Source of the DNA: Trueperaceae bacterium
GTDB taxonomy: Bacteria > Deinococcota > Deinococci > Deinococcales > Trueperaceae
Length of the DNA stretch: 64,000 nucleotides
Direction of reading: 5' to 3'
Assembly: GCA_965214405.1 (NCBI GenBank)
Contig: OZ243956.1
Location: forward strand, 992,001 to 1,056,000
A model generated the notes under the pieces. That model saw only the letters and a program-made list of their open reading frames with translations, was not told the origin of the DNA and did not search any database. Position numbers and translations under genes: made by a program. How positions within the stretch are numbered: the stretch's first letter is position 1; the number at the start of each line of letters is the position of its first letter. This document shows, in pieces, positions 27,694-38,084 of the stretch.

Positions 27694-28661
27694 TGTCTTA
27701 TTTCGACGACAAATCCGTCCTCGTTACGGGCGGCACCGGCTCGTTCGGCAAAACCTTCGTCCGCACGCTTCTTGATGAAACGCGCGCGCGCCGCATCATC
27801 GTCTACAGCCGCGACGAACTCAAGCAGTTCGAGATGCAAGGGATGTTTTCGGGAGAGAAACGGCTGCGCTTTTTTATTGGCGACGTGCGTGATAAGGCGA
27901 GGCTCGAGCGCGCCCTAGACGGCGTTCAGGTCGTCGTCCACGCCGCCGCCCTAAAACAGGTGCCCGCCGCCGAATACAACCCCTTCGAGGCGGTTAAAAC
28001 AAACGTTTACGGCGCGCAAAACATCATCGACGCGGCCATCGACCGCGGCGTCGAGCGCGTGCTGGCGCTGAGTACCGACAAGGCTTCCTCACCCATTAAC
28101 CTCTACGGCGCGACCAAGCTGGTGAGCGACAAGCTTTTTATCGCGGGCAACGCCTACGCGGGGGGCAAAAGGACGCGCTTTGCGGTCGTTCGCTACGGCA
28201 ACGTGGTCGGCAGCCGCGGCAGCGTCATCCCCTTTTTCAAACGGGTCGCGCCCACGGGCGTCGTGCCCATTACGGATACGCGCATGACCCGCTTCTGGAT
28301 TACCTTGGAGCAGGGGGTGCGGTTTGTCATGGACAGCGTCGAGCGGATGCAGGGCGGCGAGCTTTTTGTGCCTAAAATTCCGAGTATGCGCCTCACCGAC
28401 CTTGCTGAAGCGGTTGCGCCGGGGGCAAAGCTCGAGGTCGTCGGCATCCGCCCCGGCGAAAAGCTCCACGAGGAGATGATTAGCGAGAACGACGCGCGCC
28501 GCACCCTCGACATGGGAGGGTATTTTGTGATTCAGCCCGAGATGGACTGGTGGCCTAACACTTTGCAGGGCGAGGGGTTGCCGGAGGGCTTTTCGTACTC
28601 GAGCGACACCAACACCCAATGGCTGAGCGTGCCCAAACTCCGCGAGATGGTCCGTGACTGA
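27693..28661 (+). CDS. pseB: UDP-GlcNAc 4,6-dehydratase (inverting)
   Basis: GGTGSFG, HAAALKQVPAAEYNP, YGATK, RYGNVVGSRGS, TRFWITLEQGV. Confidence 0.93.
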   Translation: MSYFDDKSVLVTGGTGSFGKTFVRTLLDETRARRIIVYSRDELKQFEMQGMFSGEKRLRFFIGDVRDKARLERALDGVQVVVHAAALKQVPAAEYNPFEAVKTNVYGAQNIIDAAIDRGVERVLALSTDKASSPINLYGATKLVSDKLFIAGNAYAGGKRTRFAVVRYGNVVGSRGSVIPFFKRVAPTGVVPITDTRMTRFWITLEQGVRFVMDSVERMQGGELFVPKIPSMRLTDLAEAVAPGAKLEVVGIRPGEKLHEEMISENDARRTLDMGGYFVIQPEMDWWPNTLQGEGLPEGFSYSSDTNTQWLSVPKLREMVRD

Positions 28662-29832
28662 CCGCGTGACTGACCGAGTAACCGAGCCCCTTCTCCCCTA
28701 CGGACGTCAGTGGGTGGACGAGGCGGATATTCGGGCCGTCGTGGAGGTCCTAAAGAGCGACTACCTCACCACCGGACCCGCCGTCGCGCGTTTTGAAGAA
28801 GCGCTTACCCAAGCCACCGGGGCGGCCTACGCCAGCGCGGTCAATTCGGGCACGTCGGCGCTTCACACGGCCTATTTTGCCGCGGGCTTAGGCGCGGGCG
28901 ACGAGATCATCACCTCGCCCCTAACCTTCGCCGCCACCGCCAACGCCGCGCTTTACTTGGGGGCGTCGGTCAGGTTTGTGGACGTGCAAAAGGACACGGG
29001 CAATTTGGACCCGGCGGGGCTCGAGGCCGCCCTCACCGAGCGGACCAAGCTGGTCGTCCCCATCGACTTCGCAGGTCATCCTGCCGACTACAACGAGATA
29101 AACGCGTTTGCAAAGGAGCATAATCTTACTGTCGTGGCCGACGCGGCGCACTCGCTGGGCGCGACCTACCGGGGCCACAAGGTGGGTACGCTGGCCGCGG
29201 CCACCGAGCTAAGTTTCCACCCGGTCAAGCCCGTCACCACCGCCGAGGGCGGCGCGGTGTTGACCAACAACCCGGAGATGGACAAACGCGCCAAACTCTT
29301 CCGCACGCACGGCATCACCAAAGACCCCAGTGAAATGGAAGCCGACGCGGAAACCGAGGGGGGGTGGTTTCACGAGATGCAGCATTTAGGCTTTAACTAC
29401 CGTTTAACAGATATACAGTGCGCGCTGGGCCTGAGTCAGATGAGCAAGCTCGAGCCCTTCATCACCCGCCGCCGACAAATTGCCGCTATGTACGACGCCG
29501 CACTCGCCGACTTTGACGACATCATCCTCCCCGGTCGCCGGGATTACGTCGAGCCCGGCTGGCACCTCTACGTCGTGCGCGTGGCGGAAGAGGCGCGTCG
29601 TAAAGCGTTTTTTGAACGCCTCCGCGCGCTGGGGCTGGGGGTTCAGGTTCACTACATCCCCGTCCACTACCACCCCTATTATCAGGCGCTGGGTTACCAA
29701 AAAGGCACCCTCCCCGTCGCTGAGGACTACTACGCCAGGGCCGTGTCCCTCCCGCTCTACCCGCAGATGAGCGGTGACGACGTGGGCTCGAGCATCGACC
29801 GCGTCCGGCAGGCTGTTAAAGACGTGTTGTAA
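28654..29832 (+). CDS. pseC: UDP-4-amino-4,6-dideoxy-AltNAc transaminase
   Basis: PYGRQ, SFHPVKPVTTAEGG, LGFNYRLTDIQCALG; pse context. Confidence 0.9.
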   Translation: MTDRVTDRVTEPLLPYGRQWVDEADIRAVVEVLKSDYLTTGPAVARFEEALTQATGAAYASAVNSGTSALHTAYFAAGLGAGDEIITSPLTFAATANAALYLGASVRFVDVQKDTGNLDPAGLEAALTERTKLVVPIDFAGHPADYNEINAFAKEHNLTVVADAAHSLGATYRGHKVGTLAAATELSFHPVKPVTTAEGGAVLTNNPEMDKRAKLFRTHGITKDPSEMEADAETEGGWFHEMQHLGFNYRLTDIQCALGLSQMSKLEPFITRRRQIAAMYDAALADFDDIILPGRRDYVEPGWHLYVVRVAEEARRKAFFERLRALGLGVQVHYIPVHYHPYYQALGYQKGTLPVAEDYYARAVSLPLYPQMSGDDVGSSIDRVRQAVKDVL

Positions 29833-29848
29833 AGATGGAAGTCTCCCC

Positions 29849-30586
29849 ATGAAAATCGTCGCCATCGTCCAGGCCCGCACGGGCTCCACGCGGCTGCCGG
29901 GCAAGGTGATGAAACCGCTTTTGGGCCTCCCCATGCTGGCGCGGCTCTTAGAGCGCCTCGCACGTTGCCAAAAGCTTGACGACATTGTGGTGGCGACGAC
30001 GGACGACGGGAGCGAGCAGCCCATTGTGGAGCTTGTGGATTCCTTGAATGTTCACGTTTTCCGCGGTTCGGAGGACGACGTGCTTACACGCTACTACGGC
30101 GCAACGCAACGCTACGGCGCGGACGTGGTGGTGCGGATTACTTCGGACTGCCCCCTCATCGCCCCGGAAGTCGTGGACACATGCGTGGAGGCTTTTTCGG
30201 CAAGCGGGGGCGACGTTGACTATGCCTCCAACGTCTTTACGCGCACCTACCCCCGCGGCTTGGATACGGAAGTGTTTAGCATGAGGGCGCTCGAGACTGC
30301 TTTCAAAGAAGCCACCACCCCGTCCGAGCGCGAGCACGTCACACCTTTTATCTGGCGGCAGCCTCAGCGTTTCCGTCTGCTCGACGTGGTGGACACCGAA
30401 GACCATAGCGACCTGCGCTGGACCGTGGATACGCCCGAAGACTTTGAACTCGTCTCCAGGATTTACGGCGCGCTTTACCCCACCAACCCGGCCTTTTCCT
30501 ACCGCGACGTGCTGAGGCTTTTGGACGAGCATCCCGGATGGTCGGGCCTCAACCGCCACGTCGAACAAAAAAAGGTCGGCTCGTGA
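29849..30586 (+). CDS. SpsF/PseF-type cytidylyltransferase
   Basis: QARTGSTRLPGK, RITSDCP, REHVT, RWTVDTPED. Confidence 0.85.
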   Translation: MKIVAIVQARTGSTRLPGKVMKPLLGLPMLARLLERLARCQKLDDIVVATTDDGSEQPIVELVDSLNVHVFRGSEDDVLTRYYGATQRYGADVVVRITSDCPLIAPEVVDTCVEAFSASGGDVDYASNVFTRTYPRGLDTEVFSMRALETAFKEATTPSEREHVTPFIWRQPQRFRLLDVVDTEDHSDLRWTVDTPEDFELVSRIYGALYPTNPAFSYRDVLRLLDEHPGWSGLNRHVEQKKVGS

Positions 30587-32145
30587 GGGTTGTTTTTCGT
30601 GCGGACGCCTCTGTCACCATCGGCACGGGCCACGTGATGCGCTGCCTCACGCTGGCTGAGGCGCTGCGGAAGGCCGGGGCGGAGTCGGCGTTCGTCTGCC
30701 GGGAGCTTGACGGGAACCTTGTTGAGCTCATGAAGACTCGAGGCTTTGACGTTCACGTGTTGCCGCCGCTCGAGCCCCCCACCGACCCCCTCGCCTGGAC
30801 GGCGGCGCACCCGCACGAGGACGCCGCGCAGACGGCAAGTTTTCTTGAATCGCGCGCCGATTGGCTTGTGGTGGACCATTTTGCGCTCGAGCACCGTTGG
30901 GAAAAGGAGATGCGGGAGCACGCGGACCGCCTTATGGTCATCGACGATTTAGCCGACCGCGCACACGACTGCGACCTGCTCTTAGACCAGAATTATTTAC
31001 GCGAGCCCACGCGCTACGACACGCTTGTGCCCGACCACTGCCGAAAACTGCTCGGCCCAGCCTATGCGCTCCTGCGAGATGAATTTGGGAGGGCGCGCGA
31101 CGCGTGGCCTCGAGAAGTGGGCGAAGTGAAGCGCATCTTCGTCTTTTTCGGCGGCACGGATCCGACCAACGAAACGTCGAAGGCGCTCCGCGCCCTTCAA
31201 AGGTGGGGAGAGGGAAAAACGCTCACCATAGACGTGGTGATAGGCGGAGGCAACCCGCACCGGGCCGAGGTGGAAAGGCTGGTCAACGCCATGCCCGACG
31301 CTCTTTTACACGTTCAGGCAAGCAACATGGCCGACCTCATGGCCCGCGCGGACCTCTCCGTCGGGGCCGGAGGGTCTACAACTTGGGAACGCTTCTGCCT
31401 CGGTCTGCCGAGCCTTGTCGTGACCACGGCGGCCAACCAGGAAACCATCGCCAAGGCGCTCGCCGAGGATGACTATCACCTCCTCCTTGGCGACCACGCG
31501 TCCGTGGATGAGGACGCGGTGGCGTCGGGCTTGGGGCACTTCACCCCGGCCCGACGCCGCCTTTTCGCCCGCCGCGGCGAGGCGTTGGTGGACGGTCACG
31601 GCGCGGCGCGCGTCGTCCGGGAGCTTTATGGATTGGAAAAAGGCACGCTCGAGGTCCGCAAAGCCCGCCCCGACGACTGCGAACGCCTTTACGCGTGGCG
31701 CAACCACGAAACCGTGAGACGCCACGCCCTCGACCCCGCGCCCCTGGCGCTCGAGACGCACCAAGACTGGTTCGCGCGGGCGCTTACGAACCCCGACCGG
31801 CACCTCCTCGTCGGCGAACTCGTGAGTGAACGTGGGGAGTTGCCCGTGGGCGTGGTCCGTTACGACGTCGACCGTGCTAAGCGTGAGGCCGAGGTGTCCA
31901 TCTACCTTGCGCCGGAAGAGATGGGCGGAGGTCTGGGGGGGAGGCTGCTCGAGCGCGGCGAAACCTGGTTACGCGAGAGAGAACCTGATGTGGTATCCAT
32001 TAAAGCGCTCATCAAGCCTCAGAACGAAGCCTCCGTCAAGCTCTTCACGCGCAGCCATTTCGAGGCGCAACACGTGACCTATAGCAAATCCTTGGTGAAA
32101 CGTCACAGCGGAGACAACCGAGAGAGGGCCAACCGTGGACGCTGA
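30583..32145 (+). CDS. pseG: PseG hydrolase fused to a PseH-like GNAT acetyltransferase
   Basis: RADAS..IGTGHVMRCLTLA, GAGGSTTWER; C-terminal LYAWRN...NEASVKLF GNAT domain. Confidence 0.87.
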   Translation: MRVVFRADASVTIGTGHVMRCLTLAEALRKAGAESAFVCRELDGNLVELMKTRGFDVHVLPPLEPPTDPLAWTAAHPHEDAAQTASFLESRADWLVVDHFALEHRWEKEMREHADRLMVIDDLADRAHDCDLLLDQNYLREPTRYDTLVPDHCRKLLGPAYALLRDEFGRARDAWPREVGEVKRIFVFFGGTDPTNETSKALRALQRWGEGKTLTIDVVIGGGNPHRAEVERLVNAMPDALLHVQASNMADLMARADLSVGAGGSTTWERFCLGLPSLVVTTAANQETIAKALAEDDYHLLLGDHASVDEDAVASGLGHFTPARRRLFARRGEALVDGHGAARVVRELYGLEKGTLEVRKARPDDCERLYAWRNHETVRRHALDPAPLALETHQDWFARALTNPDRHLLVGELVSERGELPVGVVRYDVDRAKREAEVSIYLAPEEMGGGLGGRLLERGETWLREREPDVVSIKALIKPQNEASVKLFTRSHFEAQHVTYSKSLVKRHSGDNRERANRGR

Positions 32146-33193
32146 CACCATCACCATCGGGCCGCGCGCCGTCGGCCCCGCGCATCCGCCTTTTATCATC
32201 GCCGAGATGTCGGGCAACCACAACCAATCCTTAGAGCGGGCTTTAGAAATCGTTGAGGCCGCCGCCGCAACGGGCGCGCACGCGCTCAAAATGCAGACCT
32301 ACACCGCCGACACCATGACGCTTAACGTTGACAAACCGGGTTTCCGCATCGAAGACCCCAAAAGCCTCTGGTATGACCGCTCGCTTTATGAGCTTTACGA
32401 GGAGGCGCACACGCCTTGGGCCTGGCACGAACCGCTCTTTGCGCGTTGCCTCGAGCTGGGCATCATCCCCTTTAGCACCCCTTTCGACGCGTCGGCGGTG
32501 GACTTTTTGGAGGGCTTGGATGCGCCCGCATACAAAATTGCCTCTTTCGAAAACATCGACCTGCCGCTCATCCGTAAAGTTGCCGCCACGGGCAAACCCC
32601 TCATCTTCTCGACGGGCATGGCGACGCCCGCCGAACTCGACGAGGCGGTGAGAGCGGCTCGAGAGAATGGATGCAACGACCTTATCCTCCTCAAATGCAC
32701 CAGCACTTACCCGGCCACGCCCGAAAACACCAACATCTCGACCATCCCCCACATGCGCGACCTCTTCGGCGTCCAGGTGGGGCTGTCGGATCACACCCTG
32801 GGCGTCGGGGTGGCGGTGGCGAGCGTGGCGTTGGGCGCGACGGTGATTGAGAAACACTTCACCCTCAGCCGCGCCGACGGCGGGGTAGACGCGGCGTTTT
32901 CGTTGGAGCCCGCCGAGATGGCCTCTTTGGTCGCCGAAACCGAGCGCGCCTGGCGGAGTTTGGGACGCGTCCAGTACGGCCCGACCGAAAAGGAGAAAGC
33001 CTCGCTCGCTTTTAGGCGCTCTCTCTACGTCACCCAAGATATGAAAGCGGGTGAGGCGTTAACAGGGGAAAACATGAGAGCTATCCGGCCCGGTCACGGC
33101 CTGCCGCCAAAGTTTTATGACACGCTTTTGGGTAAGAGAGTCAGCAAGGACGTGGCGAAGGGTACACCTGTTTCTTGGGACCTGGTGGGTTAG
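32135..33193 (+). CDS. pseI: Pseudaminic acid synthase
   Basis: IIAEMSGNHNQS, KIASFE, GLSDHT, IEKHFT, C-terminal SAF domain. Confidence 0.93.
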   Translation: MDADTITIGPRAVGPAHPPFIIAEMSGNHNQSLERALEIVEAAAATGAHALKMQTYTADTMTLNVDKPGFRIEDPKSLWYDRSLYELYEEAHTPWAWHEPLFARCLELGIIPFSTPFDASAVDFLEGLDAPAYKIASFENIDLPLIRKVAATGKPLIFSTGMATPAELDEAVRAARENGCNDLILLKCTSTYPATPENTNISTIPHMRDLFGVQVGLSDHTLGVGVAVASVALGATVIEKHFTLSRADGGVDAAFSLEPAEMASLVAETERAWRSLGRVQYGPTEKEKASLAFRRSLYVTQDMKAGEALTGENMRAIRPGHGLPPKFYDTLLGKRVSKDVAKGTPVSWDLVG

Positions 33194-33250
33194 ACTCAGG
33201 GCTGTGCAGAAGATGCCCTCAACGTCTCAGCCAAACTTTGTAGAGCGCCT

Positions 33251-34534
33251 ATGACCAGCGGAGCCGTTATCCGCCTTTTTACCAAGGCGCGGCGCAACCC
33301 GCTCTTCCGCGAGTTTTTGCTCTTCGCGGTCTCTACAGTGCTGCTCCAGGCGTCGCGCTTTGGGGTCAACCTCTTTGCTGCCAAGCGTCTGGGACCCGAA
33401 ACGTTCGGCTTCTGGTACGTGCTCAACTTGGCGCTGGCCTACGGCGGGCTCGCGCATTTGGGCGTTATTAACGCGATGAACCGCGACGTGCCGGTGTTTA
33501 GGGGCAAAGGAGACGCCGCCAAAGTCCGCCTCATCCAATCGGTGAGCGTGGGCGTGCTCCTCATCAGCACGGTTGTCGCCGGGATCGTGATGGTGGTGAG
33601 CTTGGCGTTTTTGGAGCACATCCCCCGCGCGCCCCTGGCCGCGCTCATCGCGCTCTTCGTCGTGACGCAGCCCTACTTTTTTTTGCAGGTTTATCTAAAA
33701 TCCGACGGTCAGTTTGAACGCTTGAGCTTTCAGCAACTCCTCTTGGCCCTGCTTTTTCCCGTAGGCGTGGTGCCCTTAACAATTGGGTACGGACTGAGCG
33801 GGTTTATCGTGGGTCAGGCGCTCGTTACGCTCCTCATTTCGCTTTTTATCTTGCGCACCTGGACCTTTCATTTGCGGCCCGCGTTCGACCTAAAAGAAAC
33901 CTTGCGCCTCATCCGCGTAGGTCTGCCGATTATGCTCGTGGGGCTTATGTACACGCTGCTCACCACCGCCGACAGGTGGATTATTACCGCCTTTTTGGAC
34001 GTGACACGACTTGGGTACTACTCTCTAGCCATCATGGTCTTGGGCGTCTTGAGCCTCATCCCGCTGGTGATTGCTCAGCAGATGTACCCCCGCATGGCCG
34101 AGGCCTGGGGCCACACGAACGACGCTGGGGACGTGCTGCGCTGGGCGCTGCGCCAGACGGGCATGGCGGTGGCCTTTACCGCGCCGCTCATCCTCGTGCT
34201 CTACTTCGCCGCGCCGCCCCTCATCAAAACTTTTCTGCCCGCTTATGTAGAGGGCGTCGTGCCCGTGAAAATTATCCTCTTCGGCCCCCTCTTTCTGGCC
34301 CTTTCCGGCGGCTTTGCGAACCTGCTCAACACGCTCGATAAACAGGTCTACTACTTAGGCGTTCAGGCCGCCGCGCTACTCATTAATGTCGGGCTCAACA
34401 TCATGTTCGTGCGGGCCGGGTTGGGCATCAGCGGCGTGGCGCTCGGTACCACGCTTACCTACGCGCTTTACGGGCTGGCGCTGGTGGCGGTGAGCCTTTG
34501 GCTCGTGCGCAGTCCTAACAAAGCGGGAGCGTAA
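33251..34534 (+). CDS. Wzx-type flippase
   Basis: About 12 TM segments, LGPETFG, DRWII...LGYYSLA. Confidence 0.8.
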   Translation: MTSGAVIRLFTKARRNPLFREFLLFAVSTVLLQASRFGVNLFAAKRLGPETFGFWYVLNLALAYGGLAHLGVINAMNRDVPVFRGKGDAAKVRLIQSVSVGVLLISTVVAGIVMVVSLAFLEHIPRAPLAALIALFVVTQPYFFLQVYLKSDGQFERLSFQQLLLALLFPVGVVPLTIGYGLSGFIVGQALVTLLISLFILRTWTFHLRPAFDLKETLRLIRVGLPIMLVGLMYTLLTTADRWIITAFLDVTRLGYYSLAIMVLGVLSLIPLVIAQQMYPRMAEAWGHTNDAGDVLRWALRQTGMAVAFTAPLILVLYFAAPPLIKTFLPAYVEGVVPVKIILFGPLFLALSGGFANLLNTLDKQVYYLGVQAAALLINVGLNIMFVRAGLGISGVALGTTLTYALYGLALVAVSLWLVRSPNKAGA

Positions 34535-34535
34535 C

Positions 34536-35741
34536 GTGCTCGAGATCTTCTCCTACCTCAAAACCCGCGGCGAGCGCGGCGAAAGCGCCATAGAAAAGTC
34601 TTATGTAGAGCAGCTCGAGCATTTTGCGAACCAGTACCGGAGGTTCGGAAGGGGGTTCCGCCTTCTGAAGTCGCTTGGCACCTTTCGCCAAGGACCTATT
34701 GATTTACTCTTTTTGGGCGTTAGGTTCTCGAGCCTCATCTTATCCACGATTCCAAAATATAAAGTGGGCGTCGTGGCGCAGGGCCAGCGCGACTTGCTGT
34801 GGTGTCTGCGGCACCGGGTTACGCCCGTGCCCGCGTGGGCGTGGCGCGCGAAGTTGCACGAAGCTTATGAGGCCGCGCGCGGGGCGGGTGATGCAGAGGA
34901 GCTTTTGGAAACGATAGTCGCGGATATTGCGGCGGTATTGGCGACTTTGAAGCCTCGAGCCCTCATCTTAGAGAACGACTCGCTCTTTGTAGAACGCGCG
35001 TTTATTCTGGCGGCGCGGCGACTGGGCATCCAAAGCGTGACCATCCAGGACGGCATCTTTCAAAAGGCGGCCCCGCCTCACGTCTTACACGGGCATTTCA
35101 CGGATACCATGCTGGTATGGGGAGATTTTTTTAAGCAAATGTATATGGATAAGAACATCCTTCCCGAGGAGCGCGTTCACGTTCTTGGTTACCCCTATCC
35201 TCTTGAACCCCAAAATGGTGAGCTAAAGGAAAACCTCACCGTGTGCTTTTTGGGTCAACCCTGGGAAAGCCTCGACGAGGCACTGCGCGGTCCCAAAGCC
35301 GCCGTGACGCGTAACGTGATAGAGGCGTGCCGTGCTGTAGACTTGCCTCTGGTTTACAGGCCCCATCCGCTGGAACGCCGCCACGGCCTCCCGGAAACTC
35401 CCGGTTTGAACGTGACCGACGTAGGGGAGGAGCTTTTTAAGGCTCTGGCAAAGTACAATATCTTCTTTTCCATCAATTCCACCGCGCTCGTCGAGGCGGC
35501 GCTTAGGGGCAGGGTGGCGGCGCAGATTTTGGAGGCGCGTTTTCCTTCGGATGATTTCGAGGCGCTGGGGGTCTGTTATTCGCTCGAGAACAGCGCGGAC
35601 GCCATTCAAAAGTTTTTGTGTGAGATGAAAGAGAAGCCCGTTCCGTTCCCGCTAAACTCCGGCTATATCGACCTGACCGAGAATCCTGGTGCGAGGCTCC
35701 ATGAACTCCTCTCCACACTCCCTTACGATGCGAAGCGCTAG
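34536..35741 (+). CDS. Putative GT-B protein, candidate pseudaminic acid transferase
   Basis: IQDG, LVWGD, YRPHP.E and STALVEA motifs; located directly after the pse genes and flippase. Confidence 0.55.
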   Translation: MLEIFSYLKTRGERGESAIEKSYVEQLEHFANQYRRFGRGFRLLKSLGTFRQGPIDLLFLGVRFSSLILSTIPKYKVGVVAQGQRDLLWCLRHRVTPVPAWAWRAKLHEAYEAARGAGDAEELLETIVADIAAVLATLKPRALILENDSLFVERAFILAARRLGIQSVTIQDGIFQKAAPPHVLHGHFTDTMLVWGDFFKQMYMDKNILPEERVHVLGYPYPLEPQNGELKENLTVCFLGQPWESLDEALRGPKAAVTRNVIEACRAVDLPLVYRPHPLERRHGLPETPGLNVTDVGEELFKALAKYNIFFSINSTALVEAALRGRVAAQILEARFPSDDFEALGVCYSLENSADAIQKFLCEMKEKPVPFPLNSGYIDLTENPGARLHELLSTLPYDAKR

Positions 35742-35827
35742 CGCGGGCACCCTTTTGATCTCAAGCATAACTGGATGCTCGAGCCGCTTCACCACAAACT
35801 TAGGGTATCCAAAAACAGAAAGGGAGA

Positions 35828-36562
35828 ATGATGATTAGCCCCCACGCGGTTGTCGAGACGGGCGACATAGGGAAAAACGTAACCATTAGAGAGTTCGCCG
35901 TGGTTAGGGCGGGGGTCGTTTTGGGCGACGACGTGGTGATTCATCCGCACGTGGTGCTCGAGCCGGGCACGGTCATCCAGAACGGCGTGGAGATTTTTCC
36001 GGGTGCCTATATCGGCAAAGAGCCCAAAGGCGCGGGGGCTTTGGCGAGAACGCCCGTGTTCGACAGAAGGGTCGTGATAGGTGCAAATTCGTCCATCGGA
36101 CCGCACGCCGTCATCTACTATGACGTTGACATCGGGGAGAACACGCTTGTCGGCGACGGCGCTTCGGTCCGTGAGCAGTGTCGCATAGGAACGCGGACGG
36201 TGATTGGCCGTCACGTGACCCTCAACTACCAGACGCGTGTGGGCGACCGGGTCAAGATTATGGACCACGCCTGGCTGGCAGGCAACATGACGGTCGGCGA
36301 CGACGTGTTCATCTCCGGCGGGGTGTTGACCGCGAACGACAACAAACTCGGGCGAGAGGGGTACAGTGACCACATTGTCGGCCCGACGCTAAAAAACGGT
36401 GCGGCCATCGGCGTTGGTGCCATACTGCTACCGGGAACGGTGATAGAAGAAAACGGCGTGGTCGGAGCCGGGGCCGTCGTGACTAAGAATGTGCAGGCAA
36501 GCACCGTGGTTATGGGCGTACCCGCGCGGTCAGCAAAGAAGGTGAACAGTGGGACTGAGTGA
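35828..36562 (+). CDS. Hexapeptide-repeat (LbH) sugar N-acyltransferase
   Basis: Many IG/VG hexapeptide repeats, VGAGAVVTKNV...GVPAR. Confidence 0.85.
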   Translation: MMISPHAVVETGDIGKNVTIREFAVVRAGVVLGDDVVIHPHVVLEPGTVIQNGVEIFPGAYIGKEPKGAGALARTPVFDRRVVIGANSSIGPHAVIYYDVDIGENTLVGDGASVREQCRIGTRTVIGRHVTLNYQTRVGDRVKIMDHAWLAGNMTVGDDVFISGGVLTANDNKLGREGYSDHIVGPTLKNGAAIGVGAILLPGTVIEENGVVGAGAVVTKNVQASTVVMGVPARSAKKVNSGTE

Positions 36563-36959
36563 TGTGCAACTTGTAAAACTCCCGAAGGTCGTCGACCCAA
36601 GAGGTAACCTGACCTTTATCGAAGGGGAACATCACATTCCCTTTTTGATTCAAAGGGTTTTTTATCTTTATGACGTACCCGGCGGGGAAAGCAGGGCGGG
36701 TCATGCGAACAAAGACGAACACTTCATCATCGCCGCGTCCGGGAGTTTCAACGTCGTTTTGGACGATGGAACCTCGAAAGCAACCTATTTTCTCAACCGT
36801 TCTTATTATGGTCTATACGTTCCTTCCTTGGTATGGCGAGAGTTAGCCGACTTTTCTTCAGGCTCCGTCTGCTTGGTGTTCTCCTCAAAGAAGTACGACC
36901 CTACCGACTATTACCGAGACTATGCGGAATTTTTGAAAGCGGTCGGGGTGACGCCGTGA
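36549..36959 (+). CDS. fdtA: dTDP-4-keto-6-deoxyglucose 3,4-ketoisomerase (FdtA/QdtA cupin)
   Basis: [41 protein letters not shown]. Confidence 0.85.
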   Translation: MGLSDVQLVKLPKVVDPRGNLTFIEGEHHIPFLIQRVFYLYDVPGGESRAGHANKDEHFIIAASGSFNVVLDDGTSKATYFLNRSYYGLYVPSLVWRELADFSSGSVCLVFSSKKYDPTDYYRDYAEFLKAVGVTP

Positions 36960-38074
36960 AGGTGCCTTTTCTCGAGCTCAAGCCCACCTACCTAGAACTC
37001 AAAGACGACCTCGACGCGGCGGTCGCGCGCGTGCTGGACAGCGGTTGGTATCTGCTGGGTGAAGAAATCACCGCTTTTGAACGCGAATTCGCCGCCTACA
37101 CCGAAACCGAGCACTGCGTGGGCGTCGGCAACGGTCTGGAAGCGCTCCACCTGAGCCTGCGCGCCCAGGGCGTCGGGCCGGGTGACGAGGTCATCGTGCC
37201 GAGCAACACTTACGTCGCCACCTGGCTGGCGGTGAGTTACGCGGGCGCGACGCCCGTTCCCGTCGAGCCCTGTGAGGCAACGTATAATTTGGACCCGGAG
37301 GGGCTCGAGCGCGCCCTCACCGCGCGCACCAAAGCCGTCCTCCCCGTTCACCTTTACGGTCAACCCGCCGACATGGACCCCATTATGAGCTTTGCCGAGC
37401 AGCACGGGTTGTTCGTGTTAGAAGACGCCGCCCAAGCGCACGGCGCGCGCTATAAAGGGCGACCTGTCGGCAGTTTGGGTCACGCCGCGGCCTGGAGCTT
37501 TTATCCGGGTAAAAACTTAGGCGCGTTCGGCGATGCGGGCGCGGTCACCACGAACGACGCTGAGCTGGCCGAAAAGCTCCGCAGCCTCCGCAATTACGGC
37601 TCTAAAGTCAAATATATAAACGAGGTCAAGGGCTTCAACAGCCGCATGGACGAACTTCAAGCCGCCGTTTTGCGCGTCAAGCTGCGGCATTTGGACACGT
37701 GGAACGCGCGGCGCAAAGGCTTGGCTGATTTGTACTTAAAAGGTTTACAGGTCACTGACCTGACCCTTCCTTATGTGCCTGACTGGGCCAAGCCCGTCTG
37801 GCACTTGTTCGTGGTGCGCAGTCCAAACCGAGATGCGTTGCAGCAAGCGCTTAAAGAGAGAGGTATCGGCACGCTCATTCACTATCCCCTTCCGCCGCAT
37901 CTGCAAGAGGCTTACGCGGAGCTTAAGTTTAACGAGGGTGACTTTCCCGTCGCTGAAGCCGTCCACCGCGAGGTGCTGAGTTTACCTATCGGGCCGCAGC
38001 TCGAGCCAGAAGCCGCCCGCTATGTTGTCAAAAGTGTTGTCGAAGCCCTCCAAACCCTCCGACCGCTCGTTTAA
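36956..38074 (+). CDS. fdtB: DegT-family aminotransferase (FdtB/QdtB)
   Basis: [34 protein letters not shown]. Confidence 0.85.
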   Translation: MKVPFLELKPTYLELKDDLDAAVARVLDSGWYLLGEEITAFEREFAAYTETEHCVGVGNGLEALHLSLRAQGVGPGDEVIVPSNTYVATWLAVSYAGATPVPVEPCEATYNLDPEGLERALTARTKAVLPVHLYGQPADMDPIMSFAEQHGLFVLEDAAQAHGARYKGRPVGSLGHAAAWSFYPGKNLGAFGDAGAVTTNDAELAEKLRSLRNYGSKVKYINEVKGFNSRMDELQAAVLRVKLRHLDTWNARRKGLADLYLKGLQVTDLTLPYVPDWAKPVWHLFVVRSPNRDALQQALKERGIGTLIHYPLPPHLQEAYAELKFNEGDFPVAEAVHREVLSLPIGPQLEPEAARYVVKSVVEALQTLRPLV

Positions 38075-38084
38075 GTAGCCGGAC

